Source: a virus. Taken from it: a stretch of DNA of 53,669 nucleotides. A program made the translations under genes and the position numbers. The stretch lies in the IMG/VR virus record IMGVR_UViG_3300045988_178360; one strand, written 5' to 3'. Under the pieces are notes generated by a model. The model worked only from the letters and a program-made list of their open reading frames with translations, was not told the origin of the DNA and searched no databases. Positions 1-9,178 of the stretch are shown piece after piece (the first letter of the stretch is position 1; every line of letters begins with the position of its first letter).

Positions 1-93
1 CCAGATTTTCAAATTTTCAGAAAATGAAATTTTCCAGTTTTTCAGAAAACCGAAATTTCCAGAATTTCCAGATTTTCAAATTTTCAGAAAATG
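1..93. repeat. Left copy of terminal direct repeat (~90 nt) built from TTTCCAG/TTTTCAG-type short motifs
   Basis: nt 5-93 match nt 53577-53666 almost base for base. Internally it is made of tandem ttttcag/tttccag units. The adjoining unique sequence differs at the two ends. Confidence 0.8.
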
Positions 94-101
94 GAAATTA
101 C

Positions 102-731
102 CTAATCATCAACTAAGTAATTTCCAGACCTCCTAAACCCATATAATGGATAATAAGACCTTACAAAAGACTTAAAATCCACACAATTGAATAAATCATG
201 ATGTTTGAATAAATACTCACAAACATCATCATATCCTTCAACATTTAACTCTTCATCATCAAACAAATCAAAGAAGACATCCAAGACATCAAATACTTCT
301 TCACTATCAATATCATCACCTAACACTGATTTGAGATGCATTTCAACATCCCATTCGGCAATACTGTTAAATTGTTCGAAATCAAAGACACAACTTTCAC
401 CAGTCCCATCACAGAAAATGAAACAAGCTGCTTCCTGATTATTGTCAAGTTTTGCTGACAATTCATTATCAATGTCAACAAAATCAAAATCACACTCTTC
501 ATTTTCAAGACTGTAATCCAAAACATCTACCATCAATGATTCATAAGTATTATGAACCCCTACGAAATCAAAACAATCAAATTCCTCAAGAACAGATGAA
601 ACACCTGCTTCAAGAGTTTTTTCATGGTAACGACCAATTTTACATTCTTCTTTACTCATGCACCAATCCACAGGCACATATCTTGATTCTTTCACATTAT
701 AGACAGTTTTAATAAACATATTTAAACACAT
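102..731 (-). CDS. Extremely acidic protein (209 aa, many D/E and repeated DFD/FDF/VLD motifs); candidate DNA-mimic anti-restriction protein
   Basis: The ORF lies next to the genome end. Its translation is dominated by Asp, Glu and Phe (DFDFVDIDNE, FDVLDVFFDLFDDEE). There is no recognizable enzymatic motif. Confidence 0.5.
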   Translation of the reverse strand: MCLNMFIKTVYNVKESRYVPVDWCMSKEECKIGRYHEKTLEAGVSSVLEEFDCFDFVGVHNTYESLMVDVLDYSLENEECDFDFVDIDNELSAKLDNNQEAACFIFCDGTGESCVFDFEQFNSIAEWDVEMHLKSVLGDDIDSEEVFDVLDVFFDLFDDEELNVEGYDDVCEYLFKHHDLFNCVDFKSFVRSYYPLYGFRRSGNYLVDD

Positions 732-813
732 CCTTTAAACAAAATTTTTGAATTGCAAACTACAACTCGTTACTAATACTATGCACATACTACTATATAA
801 ATGTTTCCCAATA

Positions 814-975
814 AAAAGTCTTTACTTTTGAGCATATAGTTTTGCAAAAGTCTTTACTTTTGAATGTATATTTTTCAAAAAGTCTTTGCTTTTGAGCATA
901 TAGTTTTGCAAAAGTCTTTACTTTTGAATGTATATTTTTCAAAAAGTCTTTGCTTTTGAGCATATACATTTATAC
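814..975. repeat. Five tandem ~32-bp iterons (aaaagtctttRcttttgaRYRtata...), two alternating variants
   Basis: Direct reading shows units at 814, 847, 879, 911 and 943. They sit between two minus-strand genes, upstream of the acidic protein gene. Confidence 0.85.
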
Positions 976-1153
976 AAGTAGCTAAACACGCTAACAACAA
1001 TTCTATAAATTTATTAAGCATAAGACAAATATTAAATATCTACAAAAATATAAAAGTAGATCCTTAAAAAAATCTAACTTAATAACTTAACAACGTACAA
1101 ATATTCAATATATAACAAATATTGAATATATAAACTGCAGTTACTGCAGCTAA

Positions 1154-2053
1154 TTAAATCATATCTAATAAAAAATTACTATAATCTTTTAATTTTAAAA
1201 CATCAAGTTTAATTAAATCTTTTTTACTTAACACCTCCTTTAATATTTTTTTAGTTGATTTATTTTTATGATTAACAAATATAACAGTCCTTTTTTCTTT
1301 TTTATTTTTACAATAACTGCAGTAACTGCAGACACCGCCACAAATAACATAATTATTATCATCATTAATATAATTATAAATGTCTGATTTATTAATAACA
1401 ATACATTTTTTAACATCTAATGACGTTTTAACATCATAACTATAATTTAAAACAATATTTGAGTTATCAATATCTTTTATATTGTCCTTTAATTCAATAT
1501 TATGAGTATATGAATAACTAACTATATCATACTTGTTTTTAAAATAAGTAGCTATCTTATTAGCCTTTTTAAACATATCATAGCTACTAAAATCCCCGCC
1601 CTCATTAAATCTAATAAATTTAATATCAGTATCAGCAGTTTTAATTACTGATTCAATATCAGTTATTATTTTTTCAACTGATAAAGTTTTAAAATTAATT
1701 TCTGCAGCTAGATTATACATACAACTATTAACATATGTGTTACTGCTTTTTTTAGCGTAACAATCTTTTTTTATATTACAGTAGCCTTTTTTACTACAAT
1801 AACAGTTAAGGGCGTGATTAGTATTAATAATAATAGTATCATCCCCTATTTTTTCATTGCCTATTTTAACAGGCATAACCTGTTTATTAACATAGTCTAA
1901 CGCCTTAGATGTAGAACTAAGCCCCTTAAATTCATTAACAATACTTGTTAATTTATCAGTATCATTAATAAATTCATTATTATTATTAATTTTTTCTTTT
2001 AGATCATAAAAATTTTTCATAATTTTCCTCCCCTCAAAAAATTTTATAATCAT
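1154..2053 (-). CDS. Cys-rich hypothetical protein (299 aa) with two Cys clusters (CYCSKKGYCNIKKDCY and CGGVCSYCSYCKN)
   Basis: Long ORF. Two clusters of 4-5 Cys suggest metal binding. Function is unknown. The 3' end lies between two copies of a 15-bp ctgcagtWactgcag palindrome. Confidence 0.45.
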   Translation of the reverse strand: MIIKFFEGRKIMKNFYDLKEKINNNNEFINDTDKLTSIVNEFKGLSSTSKALDYVNKQVMPVKIGNEKIGDDTIIINTNHALNCYCSKKGYCNIKKDCYAKKSSNTYVNSCMYNLAAEINFKTLSVEKIITDIESVIKTADTDIKFIRFNEGGDFSSYDMFKKANKIATYFKNKYDIVSYSYTHNIELKDNIKDIDNSNIVLNYSYDVKTSLDVKKCIVINKSDIYNYINDDNNYVICGGVCSYCSYCKNKKEKRTVIFVNHKNKSTKKILKEVLSKKDLIKLDVLKLKDYSNFLLDMI

Positions 2054-3058
2054 ATTATGTTTATAATACTTAATAAAATAGTACTAGAAACATTTATATA
2101 ATACTAATTATAAAGTAATAGTAACTACTAAGTAGTTATAAAAAAATAAGGACGTGTTAATATATGTATTTAAACAATATGTTATGCCGACAAGAAGTAG
2201 GCATAGCCGCAATAAAAAATTTTATAAATAATAATCAAGATAATATAAATGTTATTTTTGAGGATAACATCATAAAAATTTATAAGTACATCAATATACT
2301 TGACGATACATTTATAAAATGCTTAACAGTACAATGTACTGTTAAGCAATATGATATATTATATGATATGCTAATACATTATTAGCATATCAATTTTTTT
2401 TAAAACACCATGTAACATATATTTAACAACCACCATAATAAAAAAAGGATCCAACCCACCACCAACAATAATATATTATACACAACAACAACAACCACCA
2501 ACAGCAGCAGTAACAAGCAGCAACAGCTGCAGAAAAAAATATACTATATGCATGCATCAGATACAAGCACCGCCCCCCCGTGTTATCATGCTTACTATAA
2601 CTGTTTAATGAATGAATCAGTTAATTAAATGTGTTGTTGTCAAGTCAACTGTTAATTTAATTAGTCAAGTAGTACTGTTTAATTAAAGATAGGTTAAGTT
2701 AATGTATATGATACTGTTATATATAGATAGCACGGTTAAGATAGCTTAAGCTTGACCTGCTTAAGTGGATCAATAACATATAGATACTACCGCAGCAGTA
2801 GAAAAAAATACTATATACTTGTATAGTATATCATATCTTATATCCGACACGCTACAACAAAAAATTAAACCTCATAAAAAACACCTTAAACAAGCATCAA
2901 CGCCATAAAACACCATGATTTATTCAAAAAATCCATAAAAATATTTTATAAGTTTCCTAGGATAATATAAAACCGCTGGGATTGGTCGGTGTGTGGTTTG
3001 TGTGTTTTTTGGGGTGGTTGTGTATTTGTTGTTTTTTATGGTGGGTGGCTCTGCCATA

Positions 3059-3076
3059 CCCCCCCTGTGGGGGGGG
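3059..3076. other. Perfect G:C hairpin, ccccccc-tgt-gggggggg
   Basis: Seven C, a tgt loop and eight G, read directly. A further G9 run lies at 3273-3281. Confidence 0.8.
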
Positions 3077-3370
3077 TGTGGTTGCGGGTTTTTTATTTTC
3101 TTTATCAGCATCTTATACGAAATATTATATATTATTTTTTTATATATAGGGGTATGTGTATTTATAGAACTTATGATAAATATATAGTTCATATAGTTAT
3201 TATTTTTTTTAATGTACATATTTGTACATTGGTACTCTTTTATGTACACTGAGGATAAAATAGTAATTTTTTGGGGGGGGGTGTGGTGTTTGACATTTTT
3301 TTGACGCAAATTGGTGAAAATTGATGTGTGAGCTTCTTTTCTTGTTTAGGGGCTTCTCGTGGGTTTTCGT

Positions 3371-3558
3371 TGTGTCAGTGTTGTGTCGGTTTGTGTCAAA
3401 TATGGTGTGTTTTGTGTCATGTTGTGTCATTTGTGTTGGGTTTTGTGTCAGTTTGTGTTGTGTGTGTCAGTTTTTTGTGTCATGTGTGTCAGGTTTGTAA
3501 TACTACCTTATGGATAAAGTATTACTTTTTGTGTTAAGTTAAGTCAATTATGTGTCAG
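3371..3558 (+). repeat. Ten dispersed direct copies of TGTGTCR (gtgtcag/gtgtcat/gtgtcgg/gtgtcaa)
   Basis: Copies sit at about 3371, 3382, 3392, 3413, 3423, 3444, 3463, 3477, 3485 and 3551, spaced roughly 10-20 nt apart. This is the typical look of arrayed protein-binding sites, as for terminase small subunit or integrase arm sites. Confidence 0.75.
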
Positions 3559-3582
3559 AGTATGGTTCGAATCCATACTGAC
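3554..3582 (+). other. tRNA 3'-half-like minihelix (gtcag-ag-TATGGTTCGAATCCATA-ctgac): candidate att core or packaging signal
   Basis: It contains the canonical T-arm GGTTCGAATCC with a 5-bp stem, enclosed by a second 5-bp stem. No full tRNA can be built from the upstream sequence. Confidence 0.5.
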
Positions 3583-3601
3583 AGTTAGGAATAAAAAAAA
3601 T

Positions 3602-3841
3602 ATGCTAAGGGAGGGTGTAGTAGGAATGAAATCATATAAGAATATTTCAAGAATTGTAACAGTACTATCGTTTATTGCAATATTCATAGTCACTAATAAA
3701 GATTTCTTAATAAGTAGTGTTCCAATTGAACATCAAACATTAGTTCAATTAATAGTATTGGTTGCTGGTTTCTTTGTCACACAGTTCAGTGAAGAGAAAA
3801 GAGTTGTTAGGGCTGAAGAATTAGTTGAGGAAGCTGCATGA
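3602..3841 (+). CDS. Small membrane protein (two predicted hydrophobic helices)
   Basis: ORF with hydrophobic stretches VTVLSFIAIFIV and LIVLVAGFFV. It is the first gene of the plus-strand arm. Confidence 0.4.
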   Translation: MLREGVVGMKSYKNISRIVTVLSFIAIFIVTNKDFLISSVPIEHQTLVQLIVLVAGFFVTQFSEEKRVVRAEELVEEAA

Positions 3842-4086
3842 GTGATAATTGTGTGAATGAAAATCGTATAATTAGACTGGAGGAAAGATTGGATAAAAAA
3901 CATGATGAGATTGATTTTCTTAAAAAAGAATTGATTCAAGATCGTGAGGAGTTAAATGATGTTCTTGTTACTTTAACTCAATTATCCACTACTTTAAATA
4001 CTTTGAAGTGGATTATTGTTGTTTTTATTTCTGCTTTTGGTGGTATTGTGGTGTTTCTTTTCCAGGAATTAGTTAAATTAATTTAA
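3838..4086 (+). CDS. Small coiled-coil protein with C-terminal transmembrane anchor
   Basis: ATGA overlap with the previous ORF. The N-terminal half is charged and heptad-like. The C-terminus is WIIVVFISAFGGIVVFLF. Confidence 0.4.
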   Translation: MSDNCVNENRIIRLEERLDKKHDEIDFLKKELIQDREELNDVLVTLTQLSTTLNTLKWIIVVFISAFGGIVVFLFQELVKLI

Positions 4087-4111
4087 TATATATGGGGGGT
4101 GTTGTTTTTTT

Positions 4112-4570
4112 ATGCCTCGTAAGGATAGAAGGTATAAGCCTCGTAAAAATATGGATGAGGTTCCTGAGATTAATCCTAGGTCTTATAAGTTGAATAAAAC
4201 ACTTACTAAGAAGATGTGTAAGTATATTGAGGAAGGGAATTATATTAGTACGGCTTGTAAGTTGTGTGGGATTGAGCGTCATACTCATTATGATTGGATG
4301 AAGTATGGTAAAAAAGGTATTAATCCGTTTAAGGATTATTATTTGGCTATTGAGGAGGCTAAGGCTAGGGCTGAGGCTTCGATGGTTGATGTTGTGACTA
4401 GTTCTGCTTTGGTTGATGGGAATGTTGGTTCTGCTCAGTGGTGGTTGGCTCGTGTTCATCCTGACCGTTGGGCTAAAAAAGACCGTGTGGAAGCTAAAGT
4501 TGATACAAGTCAGAAGATTGAGATTGTGACTGTTTCACCGGAAAGTAATGATAAAGAAGATGAATCTTAG
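4112..4570 (+). CDS. terS: Terminase small subunit (putative)
   Basis: 152 aa with a basic N-terminus and an HTH-like region. It sits immediately upstream of the large terminase and downstream of the repeat array. Confidence 0.5.
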   Translation: MPRKDRRYKPRKNMDEVPEINPRSYKLNKTLTKKMCKYIEEGNYISTACKLCGIERHTHYDWMKYGKKGINPFKDYYLAIEEAKARAEASMVDVVTSSALVDGNVGSAQWWLARVHPDRWAKKDRVEAKVDTSQKIEIVTVSPESNDKEDES

Positions 4571-4599
4571 TGATTAAGATTTTTGAAGGGGGTGGTATA

Positions 4600-5816
4600 A
4601 TGTCAGCACAATGGAAATTATCAGAAAAACAAGCACAGTATATTGATGATGATTCTAATGAACTTCTTATTGAAGGAAGTGCTGGTTCTTCGGCAAAACT
4701 ATATTTGCTTGTAGTAAAGTGATTTTTTGGGCTATTAATAATCCTAATAGTCGTATTGGTGTTTTTAGGAAGACATTGCCTGCTTTGAAGAAGACTAGTT
4801 GGTTGGAGATTCGGAAGTTACTTGACAGTCATGGTATTGAGTATGAGGAGAATCGTTCGGAAGGAGTTATCATTTTAAGTAATGGTGCCACTATGAGTTT
4901 TAGTGGTTTGGATGACTTGCAAAAGGTTCGTTCTTTGAATTTGGATTATATTTATATTGAACAGGCTGAGGAAATTGACCGTGATACTTATTTGGAGCTT
5001 AAATTAAGGTTGAGGGGTTCTGGTGCTGATGTGACTTATAGGCAGGCTTTATTGGTTGTTCAGCCAAGTGAGCCGTCCCATTGGATTTATGAGTATTTTC
5101 ATAATATGCATTATGGTAAAATAGTTCATTTTAGTTTTCGTGAGAATCCATTTTTGCCTGAAGACCATAAGGAGTATTATGAGAGGTTGAAAGAGATTGA
5201 TTATGATGCTTATCGCCGTTATAGCCTCGGTGAGTGGGGTATGTTGTCCAGTCTTATTTTCAAGAATTGGGATACTGATACTCGTGAAACTTTCAATTAT
5301 TATAGTGTGGGTATTGATTTTGGTTGGGCTGTGCCGTCCGCTGCATTGTTAATTGGTTTCTATGATAATGAACCGTATATTATTGATGAGATTTATGAGA
5401 AAGAGTTGACTACTGAAGAATTATTTGAGTTGATTATAATTATGTTGGCTCGTAATGGTTTGGGGATTAGTGATATTGATTTATGTTTTGGAGATGCTGC
5501 AAGTCCTGACCGTATTATGAATTTAAATGAATGGGGATTGTATACTGAACCATCTGTTAAAGATGTTCAGGCTAAAATAAACACGGCAAAGTTGACTCAA
5601 ATTCATATTAATGAAGATAAATGTCCGAATACACTTAAAGAGATTCAGTCTTATACTTGGAGAAAGAATCGTGATGGAACTATTCTTGATGTTCCTGTTA
5701 AATTGAATGATCATGCTATGGATGCGATGATGTATTGTATTTATGGTATGTTGGGGGCGAATAGTCCGTATAAATGTGATGGTACTGTTGATTTGGATGA
5801 GGTGAGTTTTTATTAG
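4600..5816 (+). CDS. terL: Terminase large subunit, interrupted by a frameshift at about 4687-4695
   Basis: The frame starting at ATG 4600 encodes KLSEKQAQYIDDDSNELLIEGSAGS, the typical TerL N-terminus leading into a P-loop, and then hits a stop at 4720. The GKT codons (4692-4700) are in the other frame, continuous with ORF 4719-5816. That ORF ends with a DHAMDAMMY nuclease-type motif. Confidence 0.6.
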
Positions 5817-5871
5817 TTTTTTAGAGAATTTTAAGGGTAGGTTTACTGCTAAGAATATTGAACCTAATTCT

Positions 5872-7077
5872 ATGTTTAATGTGGGTTTGGATGATGTAAC
5901 TGTTTCAAAGAATGGGGAAATCCCACAGGATTGGATTGAATATTGCCCTCCTAAAGTTAATCCCACTATTAAGAATCGTAGAAAAGCAGCTCACTTCCCA
6001 GTAGTGTATGGTATTATCAATAATTTGATTTTGAAGGCTATTGCTACTTTAACGATTGATGGTACTGATGATGAGGCTGTACAGCATATTCTTGACATGG
6101 ATAAAATATGGAATTTGAAGGGCATGTGTTATGATGGTGCTTGGAAGAATATTGTTGATGGAGAGGCTTTTTATGAAGAAGTTACTGTTAATGGTCATGC
6201 TGATTTGAGGAGTTTGGCTTTTGATGGTGAGAAGTATCTTATTCGTAAGTTATATGATGATAATGCTAATTTATTAGGGTATATGCAGTTGGTTGCTGTT
6301 AATAGTCCGATTCCAAAGAATTGGGATAAATTAGAGTTTTGGGAGTTGTATCAGAATAAGGACATTAAAACAGTTTCTTTTAAAGCGGAGGATATTAGTA
6401 ATCCGATTTTTATTGAGATTGATGGTGTTGGTCAGTCATTAGTTAAGAATGTGATTGATCCGGCTTATGAGATTGAATCGTTGAATCGTATGTTGCCGGC
6501 GATTGTGCATAAGTCTGCTAATGTTATGGTTTTAACTGTTGGTAATGAGCATCGTAAAGAAACATCTATGAGCAAGGTTCGTAAGCAGGAGGTTGCTGAA
6601 GACTTAAGTGATTACCATAAAAAAGGAGTTTTGTTGATTCCGTATGGTATGGAGTTGGATGTTGTTGGAGATAATGTTCTTCCGAAGGTTGAGGATTATA
6701 TTAAAGCTTTGAAAAGTCAAATTTATGAAGGTTTAATCACTCCAGAATCCACTTTCAGTAGTGAGTCTTCTAATCGTAGTACTGCGGAGGTTCAGTTGAC
6801 TTCTGAATCTAATGGTCATGTGTTGCTTATTCAGTTTTTACAAGAGTTCCTTAAAAGATGGTTGGAAAGGGATTTGATTAATCGAGAATTATCATTGATT
6901 GGTAAACCTGAAGGTAGTGTGTGGATTAATTTCCAAACTGGTGACCATAATCTTGATAATAATTATTTGGAAACTGATAATAGTATTGAAACTGAAGAGG
7001 ATACTGTTGAGAATGAATTAGATTCATCTGATGATGATGAGGAGGTAGATGATGGTTCAGGAGATTCAGTCGACTGA
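5872..7077 (+). CDS. Portal protein (putative)
   Basis: 401 aa, directly after terL, with a strongly acidic C-terminal tail (SSDDDEEVDDGSGDSVD) typical of portals. Confidence 0.55.
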   Translation: MFNVGLDDVTVSKNGEIPQDWIEYCPPKVNPTIKNRRKAAHFPVVYGIINNLILKAIATLTIDGTDDEAVQHILDMDKIWNLKGMCYDGAWKNIVDGEAFYEEVTVNGHADLRSLAFDGEKYLIRKLYDDNANLLGYMQLVAVNSPIPKNWDKLEFWELYQNKDIKTVSFKAEDISNPIFIEIDGVGQSLVKNVIDPAYEIESLNRMLPAIVHKSANVMVLTVGNEHRKETSMSKVRKQEVAEDLSDYHKKGVLLIPYGMELDVVGDNVLPKVEDYIKALKSQIYEGLITPESTFSSESSNRSTAEVQLTSESNGHVLLIQFLQEFLKRWLERDLINRELSLIGKPEGSVWINFQTGDHNLDNNYLETDNSIETEEDTVENELDSSDDDEEVDDGSGDSVD

Positions 7078-7780
7078 TGAGTTTTATTTAGATGATTATT
7101 TACCTCTTGATTTCGCTCCGAATGATGCTTATGATTCTGAGGAGCAATTTGTGATATTAATGTGCTTGTTATTGCTAAAAGAGTATTATGAGGAGTATAG
7201 TAAAACACCACTTGAAGATTTAATCAACACCATTGAAAAGGATATGGAAGAGTTAAACACCAAATTATCCACAGAAGGAATGGATTATATTAAACAAGCT
7301 GTGGATAAAACATTTTCTTCCGAATTAGATTCGTATAAGATACCGGAGAACACCATTTCACCAAATTATAATGAATTAGTTATTTTAGCTGGTTTTCAAG
7401 CATTAGTTAATCAGTTAAGAGATGATTTAAAAGCCAAAGCATTATATTATGCGGAGAATTTAGGTAAAACACCATTTGATTTGAAACCGAACTTCAGAAG
7501 AGCAATTAAAAGGATTAATGATGTTGTAGGTACTGGTTTGGTTAATGCAAAGGAGAAATCTCATCGTGAAGTTTCTAAATTTGTTTATGGTGAAAATGCA
7601 TTGTTTTACTGGGTTTGTAAAATGGATGCTAAAACCTGTGCTTGGTGTAGAAGTCAGGCAAGGTCTGAACCACGACCTATTGACGAGTGGGAGTTAGACC
7701 ACCCGTATGGTAGATGTACTTTGAAACCTGTTAAGGAAGATTTTTCAAGTGATTATAAATTATTGGTTGGGATAGTATGA
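7049..7780 (+). CDS. Minor head / head morphogenesis protein (SPP1 gp7 / Mu F-like, putative)
   Basis: The position after portal and the C-terminal CAWCRS...DHPYGRC motif are reminiscent of that family. Assignment is by eye only. Confidence 0.35.
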   Translation: MMVQEIQSTDEFYLDDYLPLDFAPNDAYDSEEQFVILMCLLLLKEYYEEYSKTPLEDLINTIEKDMEELNTKLSTEGMDYIKQAVDKTFSSELDSYKIPENTISPNYNELVILAGFQALVNQLRDDLKAKALYYAENLGKTPFDLKPNFRRAIKRINDVVGTGLVNAKEKSHREVSKFVYGENALFYWVCKMDAKTCAWCRSQARSEPRPIDEWELDHPYGRCTLKPVKEDFSSDYKLLVGIV

Positions 7781-8628
7781 TTACAATTTTCAAAACCGGT
7801 GAAATTAAGTATCCGGAATCTTTGAATAAACCAGTTAAATATGATATTGATTTTTTAAAGAGTATTGCTTCAAGCACAGCATCTGCCAAGATTACTCGTG
7901 AGCATTCTGATGATGTGCTTGGTGTTTTAAGTAATTTTGTTGTTGAAGATGGTTGTTTGAAGGCTGATGAACCTGAAGGTCTTGAGTTGAAAGGTATGGG
8001 TTTTAGTCCAGTTTTTGAATTTGATTTACTGGAGTATGATTCATATTTTAAACCAGTGAATGGTGTTATGACAGAGATTGGGTTTACAAAGACACCAAGA
8101 AGCCAAATTGTATATAATAGTATTGGGGCTTCGAATGGAGATGATAATATGTCTGATGATGCTTTAAGAAGAGTCTTGCAAGAGAAAGAAGACTTGGTTA
8201 AGAAAATGGGAGTTTTAGAGAAGGAAAGAGATTCTTATCAGAAAATGTTGGAAGCAAGAGATGGTGAGATTGAGAAAATTAAAAATTCCTATTCCGATGT
8301 TGACAATAAATTAAAAGAAATCGATGCTTTGAAGGAGAAAGCAGATTTATATGACTCATTACAAGCTTCTCGTAAACAAGAGTTGATTAATGAGCTTGTT
8401 GGTGGAAATAAGGATTTAGCAGAGAAGTATGAGTCTTTTACTTATGACCAATTAACATTCTTGAAAGAGAATAAAGTTCCAACTAATCCTGGTCAAGGAG
8501 TACCATCTGTGGGAGCTACTGGATTGGATATTGAAGGAACACACCCATCATCAAATAATGATGATGAGTATTCTGATGATGAATTTAAAGCAGATTATAA
8601 AGCTTTGTTCGGAGTCGATGTTGAATAA
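7777..8628 (+). CDS. Scaffolding protein (possibly fused to prohead protease region)
   Basis: Long charged coiled-coil segment (EKEDLVKKMGVLEKERDSYQKMLEARDGEIEKIK...) upstream of the capsid gene. Confidence 0.45.
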   Translation: MITIFKTGEIKYPESLNKPVKYDIDFLKSIASSTASAKITREHSDDVLGVLSNFVVEDGCLKADEPEGLELKGMGFSPVFEFDLLEYDSYFKPVNGVMTEIGFTKTPRSQIVYNSIGASNGDDNMSDDALRRVLQEKEDLVKKMGVLEKERDSYQKMLEARDGEIEKIKNSYSDVDNKLKEIDALKEKADLYDSLQASRKQELINELVGGNKDLAEKYESFTYDQLTFLKENKVPTNPGQGVPSVGATGLDIEGTHPSSNNDDEYSDDEFKADYKALFGVDVE

Positions 8629-8667
8629 ACTAAAATTAAATTAAAAATTTTAAAGGAGTTATAGAAT

Positions 8668-9162
8668 ATGGTTAAAATTCAAAACTACGACCCTTATGAA
8701 ACAGATATTAAATTTGATGTTGAAGAAGGAGATGTAACTGTAAAAACTGGTTTTGCAGACTTTGGTAAAGATGATGTACTCTTCTTTTCCAAGGAAATTA
8801 AAAAAGGAGATTATGTGGCTTTAGATATTACCAGTATGACTGTTAAAAAAGCAGCTAAAGCAGATAAAATCATTGGTCAAGTGATTGATGAACCTGCTTT
8901 TAAAGGTGGCAGACCTAAAGAAGACACTACTTCAGGTAATTACACTAGAAGAGTTGCAACTGTAAGGTTATGGGGAGATTATGCTCATTCTGTACAGTTA
9001 AAAGCAGAGAATAAAGCTATTGCAATGGGAGATTCTGTTGCTTATGAAGGAGATAATGTATTCGATAAGGCAACCACTGCAAATACCACTATTGCATTAG
9101 AAACTGCAGAAGCTTTGAAAGCTCCTAAAGTATTGGTTTTATTCGGTTACAGAGGTTTATAA
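8668..9162 (+). CDS. Head protein of unknown role (164 aa)
   Basis: ORF between the scaffold and capsid genes with a strong RBS-like AGGAG upstream. Confidence 0.35.
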   Translation: MVKIQNYDPYETDIKFDVEEGDVTVKTGFADFGKDDVLFFSKEIKKGDYVALDITSMTVKKAAKADKIIGQVIDEPAFKGGRPKEDTTSGNYTRRVATVRLWGDYAHSVQLKAENKAIAMGDSVAYEGDNVFDKATTANTTIALETAEALKAPKVLVLFGYRGL

Positions 9163-9178
9163 GGAGGTTTGATGATAT

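Larger units (their letters stand above)
2400..3600. promoter_or_regulatory. Large non-coding divergent control region (likely promoters plus ori/pac/att elements)
   Basis: Roughly 1.2-1.5 kb has no credible ORF. On the plus strand an AC-rich half (2400-2560) gives way to a GT-rich half (2980-3500). G and C homopolymer runs are present in a roughly 30% GC genome. Minus-strand genes lie to the left and plus-strand genes to the right. Confidence 0.6.

Noticed and set aside
205-712. Plus-strand ORFs 205-438 and 452-712, and minus 320-526, inside the acidic protein gene
   Set aside because: They overlap the longer, compositionally coherent minus-strand ORF. Translations are Ser/Thr/Asn-rich, which is a shadow of acidic codons.
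814-975. Possible CRISPR array
   Set aside because: The units are directly abutting repeats with no unique spacers, only two alternating variants, and no cas genes. They are iterons or an operator array, not CRISPR.
2164-3537. Track ORFs 2164-2385, 2920-3309, 2989-3252, 2993-3187, 3209-3430, 3328-3537
   Set aside because: They lie in the low-complexity, homopolymer-rich and repeat-rich control region. Translations are Cys/Val/Phe or His/Thr strings produced by GT- or AC-rich DNA. No RBS is present and they overlap each other.
3551-3591. A full-length tRNA gene at the end of the TGTGTCR array
   Set aside because: Only a T-arm plus a flanking 5-bp stem can be built. No matching 5' acceptor, D or anticodon arms exist upstream. 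It is kept only as a tRNA-fragment-like element.
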